DNA of 64,000 bases, from the NCBI GenBank assembly GCA_010093815.1, contig ML996579.1, one strand, 5' to 3'. The first letter of the stretch is position 1, and the number at the start of each line of letters is the position of its first letter. Below, one piece after another: positions 23,957-35,630 of the stretch. The DNA is from Pseudovirgaria hyperparasitica (lineage: Eukaryota). A model generated the notes under the pieces. That model made no database searches. It was not told the origin of the DNA and saw only the letters and a program-made list of their open reading frames with translations. The position numbers and the translations under genes were made by a program.

Positions 23957-24716
23957 ATGCCTCAAAAACGTAGCGCCTCAGGTAATCCGAAAGACCAACA
24001 GGACAGAGGTGACGAGACTGAGGGTATCAGCGAGTGGAAGAAACGCGCGCCATACAAGATACACGATTCGAACGAGGACTTTCCAGTTCGATATGAAGCC
24101 AGCTGCCATTGTGGCCAGGTGAAGTATCAATTGAAGCGTGAAACGCCATTGGCTTCAAAATTATGCCACTGCACGACGTGTCAGACTCAGCATGGTAGGG
24201 AAACGACATGCCAATCCTGTCAAATTTCTTGCCACTGATTGTCATCACTAGCTGCCCCCTTCCAGTGGGCTGCCATCTTCCATAAAGAGGACATCAACTT
24301 CAGTCACGGTCATCACAAGCTCGAGTGGTACGACCCAACTGAGAAATCGATCGAGCACAAGTTACCATGCAAAGTGCGATGCTCATATTGCCATTCGCCG
24401 ATCATGGATGAAGGGCGCAAGATGATACTTCTGTTTCCGACACTGATTCACTTCAAGAAGGATAGCGACAAGGAACGTTTCAAGCCACAGTAAGTCCATG
24501 TAGCCATATGTGCTTAACAAAACACGCTAATAGTTGCATAGATGCCATATGTTCTACAACGAGCGAGTCATTGACATTCCTGATGGTCTGCCGAAGTGGA
24601 CGGGCTTGAACGATTCGAGTGAGCTCATAGAAGACAGCCCACCAGAGATGGTAAAGGAGCTAGAGAAGAAAAGAGAAAATGAACAGAAAAAGAGTGAGAA
24701 GAGCGAAAAAGAGTGA
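23957..24716 (+). CDS. GFA/CENP-V (Mss4-like) zinc-binding domain protein
   Basis: SCHCGQV..LCHCTTCQ..RCSYCHSPI motifs; introns 24195-24251 and 24490-24541. Confidence 0.88.
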
Positions 24717-25383
24717 ACTGAAGGGTCGTGAATCCATTATTCCTGGACGGGAGGAATGTATGTGTATTTATAGCCTACCAATCAAATAAGGCTCTTGTGT
24801 CACCCAACCGGGTCTAGTGGTGCGGGCCCACCCACTCGCTATAACGTCAATTGGTCCGAACAACAAATGTGCTCTTATTGCTCTTATACAATACGGCTTT
24901 ATCACCTCACCCACCTTAGCATGACTGAGGTAGTTTCCATCTTACAATCATCTGTGCTGGTGACACTGGTAGCGCGCATCGGGAGTCAAACAGGGCAAAC
25001 ACACCTGAGCCCGTTTCGGGCCGACTTTGCTTTCAGTTTTCAACCTTGACTTTGGACGACTGTTCACTTTAATAAGACAGATAACACTTTCTGGTTCACT
25101 TCACTGCTTAGGCTTTGCTTGTCATCTATATGGCTGTTCACGGCAGTAACCCTGACTCCGGCTTGACGCAGTTGACCTGAACTTTGCCTATCACTTCAAG
25201 TCAGATCTACCACCTACCTCCCTGCTCCATCCATCACTCCGCTGCTACTACGCTGCAACTATAACCGCATCATGCTATCTTTTAGACTTTCATACTTTAA
25301 CCATCTGTCAGTCAGTGCCACTAAATTGAAAATCTCGACTTTGAAGCCAGACTTGTAAGTACTGAAAGTGGACTTCAATCCCA

Positions 25384-28300
25384 ATGGCTCCCAAGAGAAA
25401 GCCCGAAAACACACCTCGTGAGATCACCAAAAGAACGAAACCGGGGAAAGAAGATCCATACAAAGACGCCCCCGGATACGTGGGTGATGGCTTCTGGATA
25501 TGTGCGCAGATCCACGAAGAGCGCAAGCTAGAAATCACACGCAAACGAAGAGCGTGCTCATCAGGGAGGACACGAGCAAAAGCCGCGCCTCTCTACAAGA
25601 CTGAGTACCTAGTTGAATGGGGAGGCTATGATCCGGAGACGAATGAGAAATGGCCTTTCACGTGGGAAACGAAGCCAAGCGAGGATGCTCTCGAGAAATG
25701 GGAGAGAAGGAAGGCAGAAGACGCATCATTGAAAGACAAACAGAGCAAAGCTAAGGATGAAGAGACACTACAAGCTCACAGTGAGAAGGTAGCTGAGTTG
25801 ACTGAATCCCCTCCTTTGGGTGAGCAGTCCACGTCAGATTTAGGCAGTATCATTGCTCATGAGAGCTCAGTGGACCAAGATCCTGATGCGAATCAACCCG
25901 TACCAACGGACGAGACACATAAAGCAAAAGAATCGGCGTCTTTCCCCAAGCTGCTCGAGGCAGCCGGTACAGAGATACTTGCATGTACCGACAACGCAGC
26001 TGATGTCTCCGACCACGAAGTACCTGTTGTCGTCGAGGAGGCTATACCCGCGCAAATCGATAGCATAGCTGACGCATCTGAGCTGGCTGTTGATTCTGAT
26101 GAGTCCGGACTGAGAAGACATATTGCTCTTGACGAGGCAAGGGCAGAAGGTCGTGATTCTTCTCCTACAAATGGTGATCGAAATGCTTCAGACAGTGGGT
26201 GTATGGGAACTCTGCCAGCTCATACGCCCAGAGTGATAGCTAGCATTAGCAATATCGCAACGACGCATCTTGAATCGCCTCATCGTGCTCAAGTCATGAC
26301 AGAGGCTGCATCGACAAGCAGCGCAGCTTCTCTGGTAGCATCTGACTCGCAGGGAAGCACGCGCGAAGCACAAATCTGTTTAACTCCAGACACAGAGCCA
26401 GAGAGTCAGACGGATGGAGCGAAGCGCAGTGATGCTGAACAGACCAGGGACTTGTTGCTGTCGAAAACGGTCTCCAGTGTTGACGAGCGCAAAAGTGAGA
26501 GACGGTCACATTCATCGCGAAACAAAGCAGGATGTGGCTCAGGAAAAGTGGCTTGTAAGGAGGCCCGTGCGCAGACCTCGCCTCAAGTAGACGCAGCAGA
26601 TGAACCATTACGGCCATTTGCATTCCAAACACCGGACAAAACTACCAAACCAACCTCTCTTGTCTCCTCACTGTCGGTATCAAGTGTGTCTCCAAAGAGT
26701 CTCCTGAACAGTACCGAAGGCTGCTCCTCATGTCCAAGCACCAAAGTCTCACGTGAAGAAGCCGATCCGCATTCCGCCGTTGTCGTATCTACGACTTCAA
26801 CCAGTCTCGCAAAAGTAAGTGAGGGTCTTCTAGTTGCACCGAAATCAGATAGTATCACTGTTCTGCGGCATTCTGTACAGACAAAGGCAGACTTGGAACT
26901 CGACAATCGGATTAGCTCGTTTCGCAAGTCGAAGGATCGCCAGGACGTGGGCCCTTCTGCCAAATTGAACATGCCGGAGGATCCACGTGGTAAGCTACAA
27001 ACATTGTTCGATCCCGAAAAGAAGATCAATACGAAGGATAGAATGTTGGCCCTTGTTGCTCGCAATCAGGCACTGGCATCAACGGCTCCAGTTGCCAAAG
27101 CCGAAGCTCCTGCCGCCCCTTCAACAGGCGAGACACCAGAAAAACCAAAGAGTATAGAGGAGAGAGCTAAATCAGCAGCACTAGCATCTCCACCACCTTC
27201 AAAGAAAGCGCCGGGAAGTATAGACGACAAAGCTGAAGCCGCAGCAGCAACGACAATATCGTCGCCGATGGCCTCGAAAGGAGCTCCAGAGGACAAAGCT
27301 AAAGCAGAATTGGCATCTCCTCCACCTATCAAAGTACTGGAATGTCTAGAGGACGAACATGTCCAGGTCCACGAGCCATTAGCCAGAGTAGGCGAGTACC
27401 TCGTCCCATTGTTATGCAGTCACCCGTACGTTGTACAGCGCTACGATGGCATATTAAGCGAGAACGAGGAATCAATCCTCAAAATCCAAGCGAATCCAGG
27501 AGACCCAGAGGCTGTGAATAGTATGGAGAAATTAGTGACAGAGCTTCGCGATATTCTGGCAAACTATGAGATGTCATATTGCTCTAGCGTCGAAGAAGTG
27601 CTTCACGGCATAACGGCAGCAGCGCTTGCTCCAGCTTGGGAGGAGAAGAATCCCAAATTTAAATTCCTTGGAGCCTTCATCGAAGGATGCAGAAATCTTA
27701 GGCTCCATGCGGTTATCTACGCAAGGCCCGGCCTGCTACTTGGACTACTTGAAATTTATCTACAAGCGAAAAGAGTCCGCTACGCTCGACCCGACATGGA
27801 GTCAGGTACTCAGGCTCATACGCATGACAGCGATGGTGAACTCAGCTTCTCCATCCTCTCCACCAGTCATGAGAGCGAGAAGGCCGTCGTTCGCGCAGCA
27901 GATATTATCCTGTGTTTTGACAGTTCGTACAGCTTGGCCAGCCGACAAATACAGCATCTCATGAAGGCATCTGCGCGCGGCACAACAGTACCTTTACTAG
28001 CGCTCGTGCCCATCAACTCTATCGAACATGTGGAAAGATGCATTCCCAGGGAAGGGATCGATGCCATTAGATATATGTTGACGCTCCTTCAGTGCGCACA
28101 CAATCTGCGAGAGGACTTTAAGAATGTGGACTACTACAGCGCCAAAAGCGAACTGTGTGACGCTGAGGAAGCAGGCGTTGCGATCTCTACAGCAATTGGC
28201 GCGTCGGATGGCGCGTCTCCTGATCTAACATTTCTGCCAGCTCTTGAGGATATCACGGATCGATTTATCGGAGAATCCTCATCTGACTCGGAAACATCTG

Positions 28301-29286
28301 CTCAATCTGGCACATTGTCTGCGCAGCCTCTGCCTCCAGGGAAACGACCTCATGACAGCGATGAGGATAGTGAGCCCAAAAGAGTTCGGATGTCTGAACC
28401 AGAAAGGAGACAGCATATAAGCGGCGAAAACGCTTCCACTGTTCCCGGGGATAAACCTGTGCTGATTGCAGCCGATGTCGAAGACGTCCGCATGCCTGAT
28501 GCGACTGCAGCCCCGTCACCGCCAGCAAACGTCGCACCATCAGTACAAGAAGAAACCGTGCCCTTGCGTCGACTGCGAGACTACGAGCGATACCACGAAG
28601 ACCTCCTCACAAGACACGACGAACTAAAGGAACAGAGCCACGAGCTCCGCCGCGAAGTCGAAGCACTGAAAGCCGCAGCCCTCCGCCAGAAACAGATCGA
28701 CGAGCGCCGCACGGAGCAAGACAAAGTCAAACTCGAAACCATCGAAACCCTACGCAAACAGCTCTCCGACGCAACAAACACCCTCAAATCCTCCACCGAT
28801 TCCGCCAAAGCCGAAGTCGCCACTCTCCGCAACGAGCATGCCGCCCTGGCCGCCTCCCTCAAGAAAGCCGAGTCCAGCAGCGCAAGCGACAAGAACGTGG
28901 CCGAATACCTGCGCGACCAGTACGAGGCCGCACGCCAGGCCGCCACGCAGGAGAGCCAGACCTCCGCAGCACTACAGGCAGAGAATGCCCAGTTGACGGC
29001 CAGGCTCGAGGTCGTGACGCAGGATGCGAGGCGCAAGTCGGCCGAGACCCGCGCGAACATGTACCTGGCCGAGCTGAAGGCGCAGCAGCAGGAGGTCAGG
29101 GCTCTGCAGGCGCTGCTGGTGCGCAAGGAGGAGGAGATTAGGAAGTTGCAGAGTGGGCGGAGTGGCATGGGTACGCGGAATGGGAGTGTGCCGAGGAGTC
29201 CGATGGTGGGTGCGAATCAGGGGAGTAGAGGGAATAGTCCGATGCCGAGTGGGGTGGGGAGGGTGAATGCTTTGCGGAACGGATGA
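25384..29286 (+). CDS. Protein with chromo-like, HDA2/3-type (class II HDAC complex subunit) and coiled-coil domains
   Basis: 1300 aa ORF. N-terminal EYLVEWGGYDPETNEKWPFTWE (chromo-like); central NPKFKFLGAFIE..ADIILCFDSS..PLLALVPINSIEHVERCI (HDA2/3-like); long C-terminal heptad-rich region. Confidence 0.78.
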   Translation: MAPKRKPENTPREITKRTKPGKEDPYKDAPGYVGDGFWICAQIHEERKLEITRKRRACSSGRTRAKAAPLYKTEYLVEWGGYDPETNEKWPFTWETKPSEDALEKWERRKAEDASLKDKQSKAKDEETLQAHSEKVAELTESPPLGEQSTSDLGSIIAHESSVDQDPDANQPVPTDETHKAKESASFPKLLEAAGTEILACTDNAADVSDHEVPVVVEEAIPAQIDSIADASELAVDSDESGLRRHIALDEARAEGRDSSPTNGDRNASDSGCMGTLPAHTPRVIASISNIATTHLESPHRAQVMTEAASTSSAASLVASDSQGSTREAQICLTPDTEPESQTDGAKRSDAEQTRDLLLSKTVSSVDERKSERRSHSSRNKAGCGSGKVACKEARAQTSPQVDAADEPLRPFAFQTPDKTTKPTSLVSSLSVSSVSPKSLLNSTEGCSSCPSTKVSREEADPHSAVVVSTTSTSLAKVSEGLLVAPKSDSITVLRHSVQTKADLELDNRISSFRKSKDRQDVGPSAKLNMPEDPRGKLQTLFDPEKKINTKDRMLALVARNQALASTAPVAKAEAPAAPSTGETPEKPKSIEERAKSAALASPPPSKKAPGSIDDKAEAAAATTISSPMASKGAPEDKAKAELASPPPIKVLECLEDEHVQVHEPLARVGEYLVPLLCSHPYVVQRYDGILSENEESILKIQANPGDPEAVNSMEKLVTELRDILANYEMSYCSSVEEVLHGITAAALAPAWEEKNPKFKFLGAFIEGCRNLRLHAVIYARPGLLLGLLEIYLQAKRVRYARPDMESGTQAHTHDSDGELSFSILSTSHESEKAVVRAADIILCFDSSYSLASRQIQHLMKASARGTTVPLLALVPINSIEHVERCIPREGIDAIRYMLTLLQCAHNLREDFKNVDYYSAKSELCDAEEAGVAISTAIGASDGASPDLTFLPALEDITDRFIGESSSDSETSAQSGTLSAQPLPPGKRPHDSDEDSEPKRVRMSEPERRQHISGENASTVPGDKPVLIAADVEDVRMPDATAAPSPPANVAPSVQEETVPLRRLRDYERYHEDLLTRHDELKEQSHELRREVEALKAAALRQKQIDERRTEQDKVKLETIETLRKQLSDATNTLKSSTDSAKAEVATLRNEHAALAASLKKAESSSASDKNVAEYLRDQYEAARQAATQESQTSAALQAENAQLTARLEVVTQDARRKSAETRANMYLAELKAQQQEVRALQALLVRKEEEIRKLQSGRSGMGTRNGSVPRSPMVGANQGSRGNSPMPSGVGRVNALRNG

Positions 29287-29578
29287 TGGCTTCTCTGGAT
29301 CTGGTCTGATCTGAATACCCATTTGACGACTTGAAACGAATCGACGGGGGGTTTTAGAACGGTGGAGGGTACTTTTCATACTGTACATCCGATTTCTCTT
29401 GGGATATCAGTTTCGGAATCTGCGTATGATGTGGTGTTATGGAGCACCTGAGGAGTTGCTGCTATGACAGAATCGCTTCGGTTGTTGGGCTATATACCAA
29501 AGCTACGTCACGCTATGTATCACTGCACATTTTACACATCTTTCCTAGTCTCCCTTCCGCACATGGGTGCGAATCATT

Positions 29579-30419
29579 TCACTTGAACCGCTTTTCAGCT
29601 GCCTTCCAGTTGATGACATCCCAGATGGCACCAAAGTACTCGGCCTTGCGGTTCTGATATTGCAGACTGCATATCCACATTAGCCAAAATTTCCATACCA
29701 AATCTTCTCCAAGAAACCACTTACTAGTACGCATGCTCCCACGCGTCAATGCCCAACAACGGCCTAAACTGACCCACCACCGGATCCTGATTCGCATACG
29801 TCTTGATTCCAATCTTGCCCGTCTGCGTGTCCTGCACCAGCCAGGCCCAGCCGGACCCCTGAATGCCCGCCAGCGCCGTATTCATCTTCTCCTTCAGTCC
29901 ATCCAGGCTGCCAAAGCTCTCGTCAATCTCCTTGGCCAGGGCGCCCGCGGGCGGCTCGCCGCCCCCTTGGCTCTTGGGCGCCAGGTTCTCCCAGAAGAGC
30001 GAGTGGTTGATGTGGCCGCCGCCGTGGAAGTTGATGAGCGGCTGCAGGGCAATCTGCTTCTGGTAGTCCTGGCCCGCCTGGGCCTCGGCGAGCTGGGTGC
30101 TGAAGTTGTTGAGCGAGGTGACGTAGGTGTTGTGGTGCTTGGAGTGGTGCAGCTCCATGATTTGGCCGCTGATGGCGGGCTCGAGGGCGCCGTAGTCATC
30201 TGTTTTTGGCGTGTTAGTGCTTGGTCGTTCGTGAGGTTGTTGTGCGGATTGGATTTATGGGGTATGGGGTATGGGAGGCGGCGTACATGGGAGGTCGGGC
30301 AGGGTGGCTTTGCCGCGGGTGATGGTCATGCCTGAGAGAGCGGCTTTCTTGGAGCTGGTGGTGGTTGCGGTGCGGAGGGCAGAGCGCAGGGCGGTGGTGC
30401 GGAGGAGTGTGGACGACAT
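29579..30419 (-). CDS. SOD2: Mitochondrial manganese superoxide dismutase
   Basis: LPDLPYDYGALEP, HHSKHH, FHGGGHINHSLFW and DAWEHAYY; presequence; introns 30200-30286 and 29667-29724. Confidence 0.96.
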
Positions 30420-30804
30420 GGTTGTTGTTGGAGACGGTCAATTGGAGATGTCTGCAGAGTGTGTGTGGTGGTGTGAAATGGACGAGGAGGTTGTTGCAGA
30501 CGAAATGTGTTTTGGTATTGTCAGATGTCTGTCAACTTACGTCAGAGAGTGGTCCAAGCTCCTTTGAAGCTACCAACCTACTAGTAGGTTAGGGATGCTC
30601 AAAGAAATGGTGCGGATATGCAGATGGGTGCGTATTTATGAGCACGAGCAGCCTATATATCATCCGGGACGTTCAGCAGCAAATCCGCCGATCAGCGCAA
30701 GTATGAGACATCGACATCACATCATCTTCTCTTCAATCTGTACCTCCAGCCTCAAGTCTCGGTTCTGTGTCGACGCACCTCTTCGGCGATCCTTTCATAG
30801 CAAC

Positions 30805-31446
30805 ATGCCGAAATTGGAAGCCATAGTCCCTTACTCGAGGACTGCAAAGGTAACTTCTGTCACCGACTTACCGACCGAAGAGGCAAAATGGTGTAGTCTG
30901 AAGAAGATTGCCTATGAAGACGAGACGGGCAAATCTCGACTGTGGGAGATGGCCGAGCGACGCACTCGTGGCAAGGCTGGTGTCGATGCTGTCGCCATTG
31001 GCAACATCATTCTCCACCCGTCACGCCCTCCGTCGACCGTGCTCGTCATCCAGTACCGTCCACCGCTAGACGCCTACACGGTGGAATGGCCCGCGGGCTT
31101 GGTTGATGCAGACGAGACAGTCGAGCAGGCTGCTATCCGGGAGCTCAAGGAGGAGACCGGCTATGAAGGCCGAGTACTGAGCATCAGTCCCATTGTGGCA
31201 TCAGATCCAGGCTTGACGAACGCCAACATGCAGCTGTGTATGATGGAGGTCAAGTTGAAGGAGGGTGACCCAGAGCCAGAACAACGCCTGGATGACGGGG
31301 AGCACATCACTCGGGTCACCGTACCACTGTCCGAGCTATACGACAGACTGGTGGAGTATGCCAATACAGACCGAATGACTGTGGCGGCAAAACTGCACCA
31401 TTTCGCTGCGGGTATGCACTTCTCGAAGACAGCAGGATTTCCATGA
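30805..31446 (+). CDS. Nudix hydrolase, ADP-ribose pyrophosphatase (YSA1/NUDT5)-like
   Basis: Nudix box GLVDADETVEQAAIRELKEETGY, plus QYRPP and SDPG. Confidence 0.9.
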   Translation: MPKLEAIVPYSRTAKVTSVTDLPTEEAKWCSLKKIAYEDETGKSRLWEMAERRTRGKAGVDAVAIGNIILHPSRPPSTVLVIQYRPPLDAYTVEWPAGLVDADETVEQAAIRELKEETGYEGRVLSISPIVASDPGLTNANMQLCMMEVKLKEGDPEPEQRLDDGEHITRVTVPLSELYDRLVEYANTDRMTVAAKLHHFAAGMHFSKTAGFP

Positions 31447-32014
31447 AGTTCTGGTATCCTGATGCACGACAAATCACGCTCTGCTTGGTGAACAGAGACA
31501 TTTGCGGCCAAAGCGTATAGAAAGCCTATAGATGCCGACGAATAGTAAATACTAAAAAGCCAATATAAGGCAACTGAGTCCCCACGGACTCGCCAGTCAG
31601 CCATTAGAGATAACATTCCTTCTTCCGGTGCTATACTCTAAATGGAACGATTCAGCACCAACATACAGTGCCAGTACTGTAATATTGCGTTGCGTTGATG
31701 ACGGACTGTCAACATGTGGCGTAAAGTAAAGTATTGTGGCGTAAGCTGTTCCTGATAGATTGTCGCCCGGTGGAGCTGGATGATCCACCGGGCACGCGAC
31801 TGGCTCTTCATGTCACCATCCGTACACATTCTTTACAGGCTCTTCATCCTCATGCCCCAACAGATTCTCTACATGTGCGCACAGCACCCATTGTCCCGAC
31901 TCGATTCTACGACGGAGCTCAAGCCTCTAACCAGGCTTCATTAGTCTCATCGTCTCCAAATGCTCTATATATAGCTACCCCTCCAAACATCCCCGCACCG
32001 AACGGACAACAACA

Positions 32015-33707
32015 ATGTCGCTTCAGATCGTTCACCTGCCGAACGGCCAGAACCTGCAAGTGAGTCCGGTGTTTGGAGGACTGTTCTTCAAGTCAAGCGA
32101 GCTGAGCCATACGCATTCGCCATTCCCTGCCGGCTGGACCATCGTACTCAACTCCGAAGATGGCGACGAGGACGAGGATATGGAAGATACTGCTGCGTCT
32201 GAGCAGATGACAGACCAAGAGACGAGAAACAAGAGGATACATCGCTTCCGGAGACCTACGCTCCGTAATGACCACCTCTACATCTCGTCGATCTCCAATT
32301 CGAACAGCAATGACTTTAAGCCTGCTGGTTCGCCGACACGACAGATCGCCATGATGCTATGGGCCACCTTGTGGTGGTACTTCCACCAGCCTGAGCCGGA
32401 CACACGTATTACCACGAAGCAGTCGATGTATACGGCTGAGGAGGGCAAACCACGCGGGGACTGGAGGATCAATATCAACCGTGAGGGGATATTCAAGGGC
32501 AAAGTTCTCCTGCCAAAGCTAGAAAGGATGGGTCTCATAGCCAGTGAAGACTCTACCGTTGGACTAGACCAGGGAGACAAAGTAGGAGAGGGATGGCTAC
32601 ACATGTTCGTCAGCCGGCGGACTTTCTGGCAACTCGATCCACGCCTCTACCTTTACACCTCAATCGCCCTCGCCCACTCTCCATATCTCACGGGCTCGCC
32701 ATACACCTCCCGCCCTAGCTCTCCAAGCAATGACCCCAAACACGACTCTCCAGACCCCCAACCGCCCACATCATCCGGCCTGTGGTCTTCCTCCGTCCAA
32801 GGCCCCTTTCACTCTACCTCCCACCTTCCCACATACTTCCCACCACCTCCCCAGCAATACACCTTCACAAACCACGTTCGCCACCCAATCCGTCCCAAAC
32901 CCCCGCGCCAGGGAGAAGTCTTCTACACCCGCTACATTCCCTCTCTCGGCCAGTACCTCTCCTTCCGCGTCGCCTCCCTAAGCCCGAAAGCACCGCCTCA
33001 CCGCGGACCCAGCGCAGCGACACCACCCTCCGTCGCCCAATTCCGCCACTCGCAGCTCGACTGGCCACCGACATCCGGTCCCGCGCCCCAAGGCCCGTCC
33101 GACCTCGATCTCCTGCACAAATGGATGAACGAGCCCCGCGTATCCGCAGCATGGGGCGAGGCCGGCCCGCGGGCACGACAGGAGGCGTTTCTCAAGGCAA
33201 GCCTCTCGTCGCGGCATTCGTTCCCGGTCATTGGCTGCTGGGACGGGCGGCCGTTTGGCTACTTTGAGCTGTACTGGGCAAAGGAGGACATGCTGGGGCG
33301 GTACGTGGACGGGATCGGACATTTCGACCGCGGCATACACTGTCTTGTGGGCGAGGATGAGTTTAGGGGGCCGGCGCGGGTGCGTGCCTGGTTGAGTGCG
33401 CTGGTGCACTATTTCTGGCTAGTGGATGGGCGGACGGACTGTGTGATTATGGAGCCGAGGGTGGACAATGTAAAGTGAGTAAATTACCTTTGGTCGTGGT
33501 GGTGGTGGTGGTAGTGGTGGGGTTGGGGCGTCTCTTGTTCTCGTTCGCAAAGTGAGGGCTTTTGCTAAAAAAAATGTTTGTTGTGACAGGTTGACGCAGT
33601 ATTGCTTCGAAGCCGGGTTTTACAAGGAGCGCGAGATTGCCTTTCCGCATAAGCAGGCGAGTCTGCTGAAGATTAGGAGGGATGCCTGGGAGGCGCCGGT
33701 GATATGA
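32015..33707 (+). CDS. sidL: N5-hydroxyornithine acyltransferase, SidL-like (IucB/AlcB domain)
   Basis: LLHKWMNEPRVSAAWGE, PFGYFELYWAKED, DRGIHCLVGE, EPRVDN and FPHKQA; N-terminal VHLPNGQ extension; intron 33474-33589. Confidence 0.82.
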
Positions 33708-33738
33708 GGCCGATGGTTGAATTGGACTGTGGAAAGAC

Positions 33739-33764
33739 GGCGTGCGTGCGTGCGTGCGTGCGTG
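33739..33764 (+). repeat. (GCGT)n microsatellite
   Basis: About 6 tandem GCGT units just after the sidL-like stop codon. Confidence 0.9.
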
Positions 33765-34014
33765 CTTGCTATGATGGAGCGTTGTCCAGGGGTGTGTGTG
33801 CTCATTCATTTTTCTGGGGGTCAGGTTTGGGCATGTATAGAAGATACCACCACCAACAGTCGCCCTCGTTCCAAGACATTAACGTAGCATTCGTTTCTAG
33901 CTGATTACATTACTGTCATGTCGTAGGGCTCGGGACATGTTTACTCTTGTCACCCATATTACTCATAAATATATCCCGGGGCAGAGTCAAAAGGCTCGGA
34001 GCCACCCCACCCAA

Positions 34015-35055
34015 TCACTCCATCACCCACTCCTCCGCCACAGCCTTCAAATCATCCGCATTCACCAAATCCACCCCACAATCCCACAACTCCCTCCAAA
34101 CCGCATTCCGCGTCCCGACAGGCCACCCCGGCAGATCCCAGTACCGCGTCAGAATCCCGCGCGCATGCGCCGCCTCAACCTGCGCCCTCACGACAGCCCT
34201 CTGCGTCTCATTCAGCCTGCCCGCTCTCGCCTCCCCCACGGCAGCCGTAAACGCCGTACTCGCAATCGGGGCCTCAAACCGCGTTACATTGCTCTCGCTC
34301 GTGTCGAGCAGGGCAAGATGCGCGTCGTAGAATGCGTAGCGCGGGGATTGCGCGCTTGCGGGCGCCTGGACGAGCGCGAGCGGGGTGTTGCCCGTGCCGA
34401 CGACGGTGATGGGGCCTGGGCGTAGTGTCTCGCCGTCGTAGGTGGTTAGGTAGTCTGCTTCGCGGAGCGGGGCGAGGGCGGATAGGACGGCGGGCCAGGT
34501 TTCTGGGCCGGGGGTCTTGAGGTCGATGAAGAGGTAGAGGGTCTGGGTGGAGGTGGTGTCGTAGACGCCGTTGCGGGAGGGGGGCGAGGAGGAGGAAGAG
34601 GAAGGGGGGTTTGAGCGGTGGAGGGTGTCGAGGATGGGGTTTATGTAGAGGGCTGTGAGGGTGCGGGCGGGGGTGAGGGCGGCGGGCTCGTGGCCGACGA
34701 GGAGGGCGGTGTTGTTGACGAGGTAGACGTCTGCTTCGATGCTGATTGCGCCGTGGGAGAGGGCGGTGTAGAAGGGGACGTCGCGCCAGTAGTCGTTGTG
34801 CGAGTGGAATGCTTTCTGGGGGGTTTCATGCCGTGTGAGTACGGGGGAAGTTGTTCTTGGTTGTTCTTGGATATGTCTGCTTACTGGGATGATTCCTCGC
34901 GTGAAGTCTGTGGGATAGCGGTATAAGTCGTTACTGGCGGCGTTGTCGAGGATGTTCTGTAGAGCGCTGCTACCGCTGGTCGCCATCGCGGCTGTGACAG
35001 CGAGACATGCCGCCAGCAGACCGCCTGTCAGAATACTCGCAGACTTGAATGCCAT
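34015..35055 (-). CDS. AIM6-like PLC-type phosphodiesterase with signal peptide
   Basis: YPTDFTRGIIP, HSHNDYWRDVP, SIEADV, LLVGH, LFIDLKT, RYWDLPGWP and NADDL; in-frame intron ~34816-34884. Confidence 0.85.
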   Translation of the reverse strand: MAFKSASILTGGLLAACLAVTAAMATSGSSALQNILDNAASNDLYRYPTDFTRGIIPVSRHIQEQPRTTSPVLTRHETPQKAFHSHNDYWRDVPFYTALSHGAISIEADVYLVNNTALLVGHEPAALTPARTLTALYINPILDTLHRSNPPSSSSSSPPSRNGVYDTTSTQTLYLFIDLKTPGPETWPAVLSALAPLREADYLTTYDGETLRPGPITVVGTGNTPLALVQAPASAQSPRYAFYDAHLALLDTSESNVTRFEAPIASTAFTAAVGEARAGRLNETQRAVVRAQVEAAHARGILTRYWDLPGWPVGTRNAVWRELWDCGVDLVNADDLKAVAEEWVME

Positions 35056-35630
35056 GTTCGCCGCTGAGGTATCTAGTACCAATTGGAGATCCACGGTGGG
35101 CAAACAGAAGAGAGAAGCCTGAATTGGAGAGCGGGTGTATTTAGTACATCATAGTCCGTTTCGTGGATCGCGCTGAAGTGAATGGGATTCCCCAGGAAGT
35201 TGTAGCTTGAGCTCGGACGCTGTTTTGCCGTCATCCATCTTGCCCCAGGCTTGGCATTATAGCTTGTTTGGCCAATCAGATGCGCTGCGTGCCTACCACG
35301 TGCGGGCCCTTCCCCAGCTTGAGTCTAAGGCACCAAGGCACCAAGGCCTGCTACAGCTGAGAGTGCTTTCGGAAGGTCAAGTCCTTAGGCAGAAGAGTGG
35401 AGAGACTCGATGTTCAATGATAAGAATGCAACATGACCATGTGAACTGCTCAAGCCATCAACACCCCTATGTCATGTCAAGTCAGGTCTAAATCATGCAG
35501 TATATTGATGCAATTGTGTGTGACATGGGACCTTCATCACCCATGAATGCATAACAACCCCTCCAAGCCCAGCCCCGAAACCGCGAGGTAAAACATATAC
35601 ACGAGAAACAACCGTCAAATGATGAATCAT

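Noticed and set aside
29579..35055. SOD2-Nudix-sidL-AIM6 as a siderophore or iron gene cluster
   Set aside because: No NRPS, ornithine monooxygenase or siderophore transporter nearby; sidL-type genes are typically unclustered.
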